A DNA stretch of 64,000 bases from Candidatus Parcubacteria bacterium (lineage in GTDB: Bacteria > Patescibacteriota > Minisyncoccia > Phycocordibacterales > CAIJYI01), in NCBI GenBank assembly GCA_026395595.1, contig JAPLYL010000003.1, forward strand, positions 76,136 to 140,135, in the 5' to 3' direction. The notes under the pieces are model-generated. The model did no database searches. It saw nothing but the letters and a program-made list of their open reading frames with translations, and was not told where the DNA came from. Positions 1 to 8,561 of the stretch are shown in pieces (positions within the stretch are counted from its first letter, which is position 1; every line of letters begins with the position of its first letter). The position numbers and the translations under genes were made by a program.

Positions 1-269
1 AAATATCCTTTGGTTCTTGTGTTGGTGGTTTTCTGTTCTGGTTATGATAAAAATTTTCTTTTATTCCTTGATGTATCACAACACGTGGCATCCGTCTTTT
101 GATTATCCTGCCGTTGCTTATACGGTCATTCTTTTCTGGTTTTTTTTCAAAGACCAGCTCAAATCAGTACTGTACGTCGTTAAAGAAGTGCTTGCGGATA
201 ACACTGCGGCGCAAATTCTTGGTTCGCCACAGCCGGTCATTGGAATTTTAGAAAAATACGTCAAAGAAG

Positions 270-1286
270 ATGCTTTTTCTCAACTGCGGAGGATATCGGC
301 GCTTCGCCGAGTTCTCAAGAAAACATTTTGAAAAAGAAAACACACACCCGTCATTTTACCATGGCGGGTGTTTTCTATTCGCCCATCGTCTGGTACAATG
401 GGAATCAATGGAAGAACAGAAAGCACGAATAGAAGAAATAGAAAAAATGATGTCGCTTCCCGACTTTTGGCAGAATAAAACCAAGGCGCAAGAGCTGGTG
501 AAAGAACTTTCAGATTTGAAAGAGTCGCTCTTGAGTGGAGGAGGGGGGAAATACGATAAAGGCGGAGCCATTATTACCATTTTTTCAGGAGCGGGCGGAG
601 ATGATTCGGAAGACTTCTCGGCGATGCTTTTTCGCATGTATGAAAAATATATCGCCAAGCGCGGGTGGTCAATTTTCATTCTCCACAAAAATGAAAACAC
701 GCAAGGAGGCTTCAGAAATCTCACGTTTGAAGTGGAAGGAAGGAACGCGTATGGTACGCTCAAACATGAGTCAGGAGTACACCGGCTCGTTCGCATTTCG
801 CCGTTCAATGCCAAAAAGCTCCGACACACCTCTTTTTCCATGGTTGAGGTTATCCCTGTATTCAGCAAGACTGAAGACTTGGAAATTCCCGAAAGCGAGC
901 TTTCTATAGAATTTGCGCGTTCCAGCGGGCCGGGCGGGCAGAATGTGAATAAAAGGGAGACCGCCGTCCGTATCGTCCATTTGCCGACAAAGCTTTCCGT
1001 TCACGTTGACTCTGAACGATCCCAGCTCCAAAACAAAGAGAAAGCTCTGAACATTCTTCGCGGGAAATTATATAAAATGAAAGAAGCAGAAAGAAAAAGC
1101 GCCGAGTCGGGAATGTATGTCAGTAAGACCACCGAGATAGAATGGGGAAATCAGATACGTTCCTATGTTCTGCATCCGTACAAAATGGTAAAAGACCACC
1201 GTACCGCGGTAGAAACCAGTAAAGTGGACGCAGTACTGGAAGATGGAGAAATAGACGAATTCATTGAAGCGGAACAGAGTCTGTAA
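270..1286 (+). CDS. prfB: Peptide chain release factor 2 (RF2). The real start is probably the ATG at 408 (MEEQKARIEE...). Domain 1 is shortened compared with E. coli RF2.
   Basis: It carries the RF2 hallmark motifs SPF (tripeptide anticodon), GGQ (GGQNVNKRETAVRIVHLPT) and a DFWQN region. The ORF track gives the frame from 270. The N-terminal 46 residues encoded by 270-407 do not look like RF2. Confidence 0.88.
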   Translation: MLFLNCGGYRRFAEFSRKHFEKENTHPSFYHGGCFLFAHRLVQWESMEEQKARIEEIEKMMSLPDFWQNKTKAQELVKELSDLKESLLSGGGGKYDKGGAIITIFSGAGGDDSEDFSAMLFRMYEKYIAKRGWSIFILHKNENTQGGFRNLTFEVEGRNAYGTLKHESGVHRLVRISPFNAKKLRHTSFSMVEVIPVFSKTEDLEIPESELSIEFARSSGPGGQNVNKRETAVRIVHLPTKLSVHVDSERSQLQNKEKALNILRGKLYKMKEAERKSAESGMYVSKTTEIEWGNQIRSYVLHPYKMVKDHRTAVETSKVDAVLEDGEIDEFIEAEQSL

Positions 1287-1287
1287 G

Positions 1288-1436
1288 TTTTTAGCTGTCA
1301 GCTTTTAGGTTTTAGCTTAACGACGAACAAAATTAATAAACAATTTACTGTTGTCGCATCGTCTCCTTACTGGTAGAATAAGAGGGAACGGCTTTTTTCG
1401 GAAAGCTAAAACCTAAAAGCTAAAACCTAAAAGCTC
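1288..1436. repeat. Intergenic inverted-repeat element built from agcttttag(g) units. The arms are 1300-1318 and 1403-1435. A second family member lies at 53731-53820.
   Basis: The arm agcttttaggttttagctt is the exact reverse complement of aagctaaaacctaaaagct. A tandem duplication of the right arm gives two pairing registers. The loop is about 85 nt. Confidence 0.6.
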
Positions 1437-1440
1437 GCCT

Positions 1441-2121
1441 ATGATTTACTTTGATAAAGTTTCAAAAAAATATCCGAATGAATCTCTTGCTCTTCAGGAT
1501 ATTAATTTTTCCATAGCGCACAATGAGTTTGTTTCTATTGTCGGACACTCCGGTGCGGGGAAGACGACGCTTCTTAAACTCTTACTCGCTGAAGAAAAAC
1601 CCACGGAAGGTTCCGTATTCTTTGAATCGGTCAATGTCCACGATCTCCACCGCAACGATGTTACCAAACTCCGCCGAAGAATAGGTATGATCTTTCAGGA
1701 CTTTCGTCTTTTGCCCGACAAAACCGTGTATGAAAATATCGCTTTCGCTATGGAAGCAGCCGGACGAAGCGACGATGAGATTGCTTTTGACGTACCGCAC
1801 GTTCTTGAACTCGTTGATCTGAACAATAAAGCGTGGGATTTTCCCGGACATCTTTCCGGGGGAGAGAAACAACGCGTTGCTATTGCTCGCGCGATAGTAA
1901 ATCAGCCTGATATTATTATTGCCGATGAACCGACCGGAAACCTTGATCCGGTCAATACGTATGAGATTGTTCAGATATTGAAAAAAATAAACGACATCGG
2001 AACGACGGTCATTCTGACTACTCACAACAAAGGCATCATTGATCTCCTCGGCAAGCGCGTTATTACCATGGAAGGAGGAAAAATAATCCGCGACGACGAA
2101 AGTGGAAAGTATGTTTTATAA
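1441..2121 (+). CDS. ftsE: Cell-division ATP-binding protein FtsE (ABC ATPase).
   Basis: Walker A GHSGAGKTTLLK, ABC signature LSGGEKQRVAIARA and Walker B IIIADEPTGNLD are present. It lies immediately upstream of ftsX. Confidence 0.9.
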   Translation: MIYFDKVSKKYPNESLALQDINFSIAHNEFVSIVGHSGAGKTTLLKLLLAEEKPTEGSVFFESVNVHDLHRNDVTKLRRRIGMIFQDFRLLPDKTVYENIAFAMEAAGRSDDEIAFDVPHVLELVDLNNKAWDFPGHLSGGEKQRVAIARAIVNQPDIIIADEPTGNLDPVNTYEIVQILKKINDIGTTVILTTHNKGIIDLLGKRVITMEGGKIIRDDESGKYVL

Positions 2122-2133
2122 ATAAGCTTTTAG

Positions 2134-3075
2134 TTGTCATCTAACACTATGTTTTGGCTCAACACAAAAAGGATATTGCGCGCGGGGGTTTTAAGTTTTT
2201 GGAGAAACGGTTTTGTGTCGCTTTCTTCCATTCTTGTGGTTACCGTAACGCTTTTTACGGTTATCTCGCTTATCTTCACGAATGTCATTTTGGAGGCGGT
2301 TCTTTCTGATTTTAAAGACAAAGTGGACGTAAATGTCTATTTTGTTACTGCCGCACCCGAAGCTGATATTCTGCAGATGAAATCCAATCTGGAAAAACAG
2401 CCGGAGGTCGCTTCTGTCGTCTACGTGTCTCGCGATAAAGCCATTGCCGAATTCAAAGACAAACATAAAGACGACTATCTTACGTTGCAGGCTTTGAACG
2501 AAATCGGGGATAACCCGCTCGGTGCGCGATTAAATGTGGTAGCCAAAGATCCGTCTCAATACGAAGGCGTCGCGAAAAAGATAGAAAGTCAAAATACTCT
2601 TATTGCCGGCGGAACCAACATTATAGACAAGGTTAATTTCAGACAGAATAAAGATATTATTGACCGTTTGACAAAAATCATCGCCGGAACCAAACAATTC
2701 GGCTATACTTTTGCTCTTGTCCTCTTCTGTACCTCTCTTCTCATTACGTTTAATACCATTCGTTTGGTTATTTATATGACACGCGAAGAGATTAACGTTA
2801 TGCGTCTCGTCGGTGCGAGCAGTATGTACGTTCGTGGGCCGTTTATTGTCGGGGGAATGATGTATGGAGCGGTTTCCGCTTTACTGGCAATGATTCTCTT
2901 TTATCCGATAACCCTCTGGCTTACGGGAACGACTCAAGATTTCTTTGGCGGGGTCAACCTCTATTCGTACTATCTCAAAAATTTCTTCCAGATATTTATC
3001 ATCGTTCTTCTTGTTGGGATGTCTCTCGGCGCCGTTTCAAGTTTCCTTGCCGTTCGGAAGTATCTCAAAGTATAA
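2134..3075 (+). CDS. ftsX: Cell-division permease FtsX.
   Basis: It is 313 aa with one N-terminal TM helix, a periplasmic domain, and three C-terminal TM helices of the FtsX type. It is encoded in an operon with ftsE. Confidence 0.85.
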   Translation: MSSNTMFWLNTKRILRAGVLSFWRNGFVSLSSILVVTVTLFTVISLIFTNVILEAVLSDFKDKVDVNVYFVTAAPEADILQMKSNLEKQPEVASVVYVSRDKAIAEFKDKHKDDYLTLQALNEIGDNPLGARLNVVAKDPSQYEGVAKKIESQNTLIAGGTNIIDKVNFRQNKDIIDRLTKIIAGTKQFGYTFALVLFCTSLLITFNTIRLVIYMTREEINVMRLVGASSMYVRGPFIVGGMMYGAVSALLAMILFYPITLWLTGTTQDFFGGVNLYSYYLKNFFQIFIIVLLVGMSLGAVSSFLAVRKYLKV

Positions 3076-3081
3076 AAAATA

Positions 3082-3108
3082 AAGGCCCGGAAATTCCGGG
3101 CCTTTATG
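3082..3108. terminator. Bidirectional intrinsic terminator shared by ftsX (+) and a convergent small ORF (-).
   Basis: The hairpin aaaggcccggaaattccgggccttt is a perfect stem with a flanking T-rich run. Confidence 0.7.
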
Positions 3109-3117
3109 CGGGGGGGG

Positions 3118-3273
3118 TCAGATTACTCCCGCAAATACGTCGTCGTTGAAATCAGGATAGAAAGGTTTTGAACTTCTTGGTTTTTCTTCCTCTTTTCTGG
3201 CATTTCGCCATTTTTCCATCGTTTGATAGGGCCATGGCGGAATGGTTGTTTTGTTTTGCATGGTTGTTTCCAT
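3118..3273 (-). CDS. Small hypothetical protein of 51 aa (METTMQNKTTIPPWPYQTMEKWRNARKEEEKPRSSKPFYPDFNDDVFAGVI).
   Basis: An AGAGGAG Shine-Dalgarno sequence lies 7 nt upstream of the ATG at 3271-3273 on the minus strand. The ORF ends at the shared terminator. The longer track ORF 3118..3636 overlaps pyrG and is not credible beyond this start. Confidence 0.4.
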   Translation of the reverse strand: METTMQNKTTIPPWPYQTMEKWRNARKEEEKPRSSKPFYPDFNDDVFAGVI

Positions 3274-3396
3274 GTGCATCTCCTCTGATGAAAGAAACCG
3301 TCCTGAAAATATAATGGTATATATTGGTAAAAAAGTCAATAACTCGTCAGACCTTTTGAAAAAGAGTATACTGTGGGAGAATAAAATATAATACAT

Positions 3397-5073
3397 ATGG
3401 CAACAAAGAAAAAAACAGCGGTCAAGCGAAGAAAATATATTTTTGTAGTCGGTGGCGTGATGTCGGGAGTGGGGAAAGGCATTACGGCATCGTCCATCGG
3501 CGTCATTTTGCAAGACCGCGGTTTTAAGGTAACTTCCATAAAAATTGATCCGTATGTGAACGTTGATGCGGGTACCATGAACCCGACAGAACACGGAGAA
3601 GTGTTCGTTTTGAACGACGGTTTTGAAACTGACCAAGATATGGGAAACTATGAACGGTTTTTGAATGTCTCCATTCCTTCCGATAACTACATGACGACCG
3701 GACGCGTATACCTTTCTGTCATAGAAAAAGAACGAAACTTAAAATATAAAGGCAAATGCGTGCAGGTTGTTCCCCACATTCCTCTTGAAGTTATTTCCCG
3801 CATTAAATTTGCCGCGGAAAAAGCCGATGCGGATATTGCCATTATTGAAGTCGGAGGTACTGTCGGCGAATACGAGAACATTCTCTTTGTGGAAGCCGCC
3901 CGTATGATGGAATTGCAAAACCCAGATGATGTTTCCTGCGTGATGGTTTCGTATCTCCCCGTCCCTTCAAAGCTCGGAGAAATGAAAACGAAACCGACCC
4001 AGCATGCTGTCCGCGCGCTCAATTCAAACGGCGTTCAACCGAATGTCATTATTGCTCGTTCCAGTGAACCGCTTGACCAGGTGAGGAAAGAAAAGATTGC
4101 GCTCTTCTGCAATATGCGTCCGGAAAATGTCATTTCCGCGCCCGATGTGGAAAGCATTTATGACGTGCCGATAAACTTTGAGAAAGATAAATTATCAGAC
4201 AAACTTCTCTCTTCTTTGAAACTGAAAGCGAAGAAAGATTCTTCTTTGAAAGAATGGAGAAAATTCGTCGCGACAACCAAGAATACCAAAAAAGAAGTGA
4301 ACATTGCCGTGGTGGGAAAGTACTTCAGTACGGGGGATTTTGTTTTGTCTGATGCGTACATTTCCGTCATTGAAGCGATAAAATATGCAGCGTACGTGAA
4401 TGGAGCGAAGCCGATTTTGACATGGCTTTCGTCGGAAGAATTTGAAGGCGATGCGGCAAAAACCAATCTCCGCACCCTCTCAAATTATGACGGTATTTTG
4501 GTACCGGGAGGTTTTGGTTCTCGCGGAATAGAAGGGAAGCTCTCCGTTATTAAATACGCGCGCGAACATAAAATTCCGTATTTCGGTTTATGTTACGGTA
4601 TGCAGCTTTTGGTTATAGAATTTGCGCGGAATGTTCTTGGGTTTGATGTGGCTAATACGGCGGAAATAGATCCGAATTCTCCGCATTTGGTCATTGATAT
4701 TATGCCCGATCAGAAAAAGAAAATGAAAGAAGAAAATTACGGCGGAAGCATGAGGCTCGGCGCCTATCCTGCTATTTTGAAAAAGGGAACCGTTGCCGGA
4801 AAAGCATACGGCGAAAAAAAAGAAATTTCCGAAAGACATCGTCATCGCTATGAAGTGAATCCAGAATACGTTGAACGATTGGAAAAAGGCGGACTTGTTT
4901 TTTCCGCCACTTCTCCTGACGGCGTGTTGATGGAAATAGCCGAGCTTCCCGAAAGCAAACACCCATTTTTCCTCGGCACCCAATTCCACCCCGAACTTAT
5001 CGCCCGTCCGCTTGATCCACATCCTTTGTTCGTGGAATTTGTGCGGGTCGCTTTGTTTCAGAGTAAAAAATAA
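3397..5073 (+). CDS. pyrG: CTP synthase.
   Basis: The N-terminal synthetase motif GGVMSGVGKGITASS is present. The C-terminal class I glutamine amidotransferase has a GLCYGMQ cysteine and a HPE histidine-glutamate pair. Confidence 0.95.
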   Translation: MATKKKTAVKRRKYIFVVGGVMSGVGKGITASSIGVILQDRGFKVTSIKIDPYVNVDAGTMNPTEHGEVFVLNDGFETDQDMGNYERFLNVSIPSDNYMTTGRVYLSVIEKERNLKYKGKCVQVVPHIPLEVISRIKFAAEKADADIAIIEVGGTVGEYENILFVEAARMMELQNPDDVSCVMVSYLPVPSKLGEMKTKPTQHAVRALNSNGVQPNVIIARSSEPLDQVRKEKIALFCNMRPENVISAPDVESIYDVPINFEKDKLSDKLLSSLKLKAKKDSSLKEWRKFVATTKNTKKEVNIAVVGKYFSTGDFVLSDAYISVIEAIKYAAYVNGAKPILTWLSSEEFEGDAAKTNLRTLSNYDGILVPGGFGSRGIEGKLSVIKYAREHKIPYFGLCYGMQLLVIEFARNVLGFDVANTAEIDPNSPHLVIDIMPDQKKKMKEENYGGSMRLGAYPAILKKGTVAGKAYGEKKEISERHRHRYEVNPEYVERLEKGGLVFSATSPDGVLMEIAELPESKHPFFLGTQFHPELIARPLDPHPLFVEFVRVALFQSKK

Positions 5074-5085
5074 TATATTTTAACC

Positions 5086-6189
5086 ATGAATCCAAGAGAA
5101 CAATTTTCGGTGCAAAGAAATGAAAGCGACCCTCAATCAGAGAGGTATGACGACATGGAATTTTATCGGGAATACCAAGATCCGGGGAAAATTCTTGATG
5201 CGGTTGCTCGGCTTCAAATAATCAAAAATCTTCGGGTCGCAGGAAACAATGAGAATCCGCTTCGGCCTCTTCTGGAATATCGCGAATCACACCCGTCTCC
5301 TCATGGAGTAACTATGGGGATTGAAGTAGAATTACCGGAGGAGTCAGTGCTTGGCGAAGAAACAGAAGGAATGAATCGCGGGCAAAAGAAAAAATATCTT
5401 TTTGAACTGAAAGAACAATATCGGGAAACGGAAAAAATCGGCGTCCCCCGCGGAGAAGATCAGTTCTGGGAATTCGCACAACTGCCCGCTCATAACCCTG
5501 AAACGCTCGCGCGAGAAGTGCAGGCTCTTGTCGGCATGGGGCTCATCAACCCCGATTACGAAAAATTCCCGCTTCATGTAACTATCGGCGGAATTTCATT
5601 TTCCTCTAAAAACGATGACGGAGCGAATGTACTCGCGAGAGCTCTGGAAGCCACCGGTTGGGCGACGACCGGCGAGAGACTCATGGCTCCTTATACCGAT
5701 CCTGATTCAAATTGGACTTCCCACGATTTACCTTCCGGCATTCGCGAAAGAGGAAAGAATCGGCTGGCTCAACCGAAGACGGGAGAGACCACAACGGCCG
5801 TTGAGCTTCGCACTCCCGTTCTTCGCAGTCTTTTTGGACTAGATAGGTACCTTCACAGCGCTTATTATCTTTCCTCGGCCCTCCGCGCTTATCAGGAACA
5901 AAAGAAAGGCGACTGGATAGGAAAACAGCTCTCCAAGATTTGGCGGGTGTTTGCAGGAAAATGCGAGGCTCGTTTTGAGGAGGAGGGGATAACAAGTCCG
6001 TCGGAACTTTGGACGCTCAATACCGAGAATCCAAATGAAAATTCACCCTTCAAACAGCTGGCAAAGGTGCTGGATAAAGCCGAGGCGGATCCCGAAGGGA
6101 AGGAAGCGACATTCGTCCACGATATCCGCCATCTGATCATTTCCACCCGGGCCGAGGTCAAAGAAATCCTTGAAATGGACAGAAAATAA
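5086..6189 (+). CDS. Hypothetical protein of 367 aa with noticeably higher GC than its neighbours.
   Basis: The ORF is long and uninterrupted and starts 13 nt after pyrG. No family was recognised with confidence. The motifs GVTMGIEVELP and PLHVTIGG faintly resemble carboxylate-amine ligase or amidoligase signatures. Confidence 0.55.
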   Translation: MNPREQFSVQRNESDPQSERYDDMEFYREYQDPGKILDAVARLQIIKNLRVAGNNENPLRPLLEYRESHPSPHGVTMGIEVELPEESVLGEETEGMNRGQKKKYLFELKEQYRETEKIGVPRGEDQFWEFAQLPAHNPETLAREVQALVGMGLINPDYEKFPLHVTIGGISFSSKNDDGANVLARALEATGWATTGERLMAPYTDPDSNWTSHDLPSGIRERGKNRLAQPKTGETTTAVELRTPVLRSLFGLDRYLHSAYYLSSALRAYQEQKKGDWIGKQLSKIWRVFAGKCEARFEEEGITSPSELWTLNTENPNENSPFKQLAKVLDKAEADPEGKEATFVHDIRHLIISTRAEVKEILEMDRK

Positions 6190-6223
6190 TGGGTTTGGGG
6201 AAACCCTTGCGGAAAAATAAGAT

Positions 6224-6499
6224 TTGTGGTATTGTTGGGTTATGAAAGGGAAAAGGAACATAAATGCTGAATTTAACGAGACTTTTACGACTATTTCTGT
6301 CTTCATGGAGTACTACAACAAGAACATCCCCGTAAGTTATCCCCATGCGACCAGAGGGTCCTTAGAAGCGTTCCGGAAGGCGTATCCGGGTCTTTTTGCT
6401 GATGGAAAAAAGTGGTCTATAGACAAACATCGCAAACGCCTCATGGACTGGCTCCCGTCCTACGACTTTAGCAAGGAAGTACCCTCAGAAGTTGAATAA
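6224..6499 (+). CDS. Small hypothetical protein. An alternative start is the internal Met of MEYYNKN... at about 6305.
   Basis: The ORF is followed directly by a strong intrinsic terminator. No homology was recognised. Confidence 0.3.
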   Translation: MWYCWVMKGKRNINAEFNETFTTISVFMEYYNKNIPVSYPHATRGSLEAFRKAYPGLFADGKKWSIDKHRKRLMDWLPSYDFSKEVPSEVE

Positions 6500-6503
6500 A
6501 ACC

Positions 6504-6531
6504 AAAAAATGCCCCAATCGGGGCATTTTTC
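6504..6531. terminator. Intrinsic terminator.
   Basis: The sequence aaaaaatgccccaatcggggcatttttc forms a GC hairpin followed by a T-run. Confidence 0.7.
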
Positions 6532-6538
6532 ATATTGC

Positions 6539-6591
6539 AAGGTCTTCCCTTAAGGAGGAGTGAAGTGACGGGGAAAGGGGAGACCTTGGGG
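6539..6591. repeat. Conserved hairpin element, copy 1 of 2 (the other is at 43180-43241). It has an 11-bp stem, aaggtcttccc pairing with ggggagacctt, and the loop contains a perfect SD sequence taaggagga.
   Basis: The 50-nt core is near-identical to the 43180 copy. The stem was checked base by base. It sits between convergent genes, so no downstream CDS could use the SD. Confidence 0.5.
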
Positions 6592-6610
6592 CTATTTCAC
6601 TCTGTTCCTT

Positions 6611-8062
6611 CTAAAACTTACTCCAGAGCATCTGGTTGGTAATCTCATGGTGATAGATTACCTCGCTTTTTTTAATGATGGCTCCGAGACCTTTCGGACT
6701 TCGGTCTGCCGTTTCTTGTTTGTAAGAAACAAACTTTTCGTGAGGTCTTTCTCCCAGCGTTTTTTTGAGGAATTCGCTTCCTTTGAAGAGCTTGATGGCA
6801 TCATTGATATTTCCGGGCAAGTAGCGGAGGCGGTCGCGTTTACTTTCATCTTTCAAAAGAGGTTCTCCTTCCATCGCCGTTTTGAGAATGGCATAGACGG
6901 CGATGTACGGGTTGGCGTCAGGAGCAACAGAGCGGATTTCAATGCGGGCGGATTTTTCATTTCCCGCCGGAATGCGTATCATGGAACTGCGGTCAATGGA
7001 AGAAACTTTGATTTGGTTCGGGGCTTCAAAGTGAGGGTCCAGTCGGCGATACGCATTGACGCTCGCATTCAAAAGAAGAGAAAGTTCCGGAGCATGATTG
7101 AGAAGTCGTGAAATGGAATCCCATGCAAGAGGAGATAACCCATCGTCTCCGTCTTTTCTGTAAAAGACATTCTTTCCTCCCTTCATAAAAGAGAGGTTGA
7201 TGTGCATTCCCGATCCGTTTATATTCGCCACCGGTTTCGGAAGAAAGGTCGCGGTCATTCCTTGGTTCGTCGCAATCTGCCGGCAAACCAATTTGTAAAG
7301 CTGAATTCTGTCGCATGCTTTAACGGCATCGGCGTAAGAGAAGGCAAGTTCAAACTGAGATGGCGCGACTTCGGGGTGATCTTTTTCGTTTTTGAATCCC
7401 ATCGCTCTTTGTGCTTCCGCGGCGGCATCAATAAAAATTTTCAAACGGTCTAGCGGGAGGGAGTGAAAATATCCGCCGGTTGAGATAAGTTTGAAACCTT
7501 CTTCCTCTTGAAAATTCTGTTCCGCATTTACTCCGTCAACAAGAAAACCTTCCACTTCCGCTGCTATGTAGGCGGTAAGACCTTGTTTCTTTTTCAGTTC
7601 TTGACTGAAGGACATGAGTTGCCCTCTGAAGTCTGAATCGTAGGGGGTTTTATCGCGATTCAAAACATTGGCAAAAAAGATAACTTTTCCGGGCCCGAAA
7701 ACATCGGAAGGAAGCCAGAGAATACTTGACCAATCCACCTCCATGCGGAGGTCGGACTCTTTCTGTACGGAAAAACCGCGGATGGATGAACCGTCAAAGG
7801 TAAGGTTATCGGCAGAATCTAAAAAGTAGTGCTTGTCATAATCAAGCATGTGAAATCGTCCTTCAATATCGGAGAAACAAAGCGTAACCGCTTTTATGCG
7901 TTTTTCTTTGGCAAGATAGTCGCGATATTCTTTTTCAAGAATCGCAGAACTTTCCGTTCCGGCTCTTTCAGAAGCTTTGAGATTCATCTCTTCCAAGAGG
8001 TCGTAAGGGATTTCCAAGAAGTTTTTAAGCCCTACGGGGCTAGAAATAGGTTCTTTTGCCAT
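6611..8062 (-). CDS. glnA: Glutamine synthetase family protein.
   Basis: It is 483 aa and has the GS beta-grasp motif FDGSSIRGF, a catalytic-domain layout, and an NxxxE-rich C-terminal half typical of GS. Confidence 0.75.
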   Translation of the reverse strand: MAKEPISSPVGLKNFLEIPYDLLEEMNLKASERAGTESSAILEKEYRDYLAKEKRIKAVTLCFSDIEGRFHMLDYDKHYFLDSADNLTFDGSSIRGFSVQKESDLRMEVDWSSILWLPSDVFGPGKVIFFANVLNRDKTPYDSDFRGQLMSFSQELKKKQGLTAYIAAEVEGFLVDGVNAEQNFQEEEGFKLISTGGYFHSLPLDRLKIFIDAAAEAQRAMGFKNEKDHPEVAPSQFELAFSYADAVKACDRIQLYKLVCRQIATNQGMTATFLPKPVANINGSGMHINLSFMKGGKNVFYRKDGDDGLSPLAWDSISRLLNHAPELSLLLNASVNAYRRLDPHFEAPNQIKVSSIDRSSMIRIPAGNEKSARIEIRSVAPDANPYIAVYAILKTAMEGEPLLKDESKRDRLRYLPGNINDAIKLFKGSEFLKKTLGERPHEKFVSYKQETADRSPKGLGAIIKKSEVIYHHEITNQMLWSKF

Positions 8063-8145
8063 ATATTTATACTAAAATGTTAGTAATTTACTATAAATAT
8101 ACTCCAATTTATATAAAAAGTCAATAACTTTATCCACTTTTTGTC

Positions 8146-8170
8146 GCCGGTACGAGGTTGTACCTCGTAC
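8146..8170. promoter_or_regulatory. Perfect 11-bp inverted repeat with a 3-nt spacer (cggtacgaggt tgt acctcgtaccg) in the divergent glnA / zinc-ribbon promoter region. It is a candidate operator.
   Basis: The palindrome was verified by reverse complement. It contains a GTA-N8-TAC arrangement. It lies about 80 nt upstream of glnA, next to a TTGACT-N18-TATATT promoter on the minus strand. Confidence 0.4.
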
Positions 8171-8270
8171 CGAAATGTTTGTATAACGAAATAATCTCTG
8201 TTTTTTATCTAAACTTTGTCATACACCTCCCCTTGGAAATTTCCCAAAAATCTGTTATTCTAATGACATT

Positions 8271-8516
8271 ATGGAGAACAAGAACCGTAAAAATTGCGAA
8301 AGCTGTCTTTTCCCCCTTTCCAAAGATCCCGGAGTAAGCGGGTCGGAAAAATACTGCAGTTATTGTTTCAAAGATGGAAAACTCGTTTACGAAGGCTCTG
8401 ACCTGAAAGAGTTTCAGAATCGTTCGTATCAAGAAATGATCAAGAAAGGAATGAATAAGTATCAGGCAAAATTTTTCACATGGATGATGCACTTTGCTCC
8501 CCGTTGGAAAAAGTAG
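8271..8516 (+). CDS. Small zinc-ribbon protein with two CxxC pairs (CESC...CSYC).
   Basis: It is 81 aa. The two cysteine pairs are spaced like a zinc-ribbon domain. Confidence 0.55.
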   Translation: MENKNRKNCESCLFPLSKDPGVSGSEKYCSYCFKDGKLVYEGSDLKEFQNRSYQEMIKKGMNKYQAKFFTWMMHFAPRWKK

Positions 8517-8561
8517 ACAATTCATTAAGAAAAAGTTAGATTTAAATCGGTTAAATCACAT

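Noticed and set aside
17-408. Programmed +1 ribosomal frameshift for prfB at TTT TGA A (326-332).
   Set aside because: The site is not CUU UGA C. No SD-like element lies 3 nt upstream. The slip would add 25 non-RF2-like residues before the conserved MEEQKARIEE start. The upstream ORF looks like the tail of a separate gene or noise.
356-868. Antisense ORFs from the track, including 170 aa and 124 aa inside prfB, and many others inside pyrG, glnA, groL, pckA and the Na/Pi transporter.
   Set aside because: They lie entirely within confidently identified genes on the opposite strand or in shifted frames. They have no independent signals such as RBS, promoter or terminator.
3331-3346. Shared 15-mer aaaaagtcaataact upstream of pyrG and of glnA (8115-8130) as a common regulatory site.
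   Set aside because: One or two chance 15-mer matches are expected in 64 kb of AT-rich DNA. The two copies are in opposite orientation relative to their genes.
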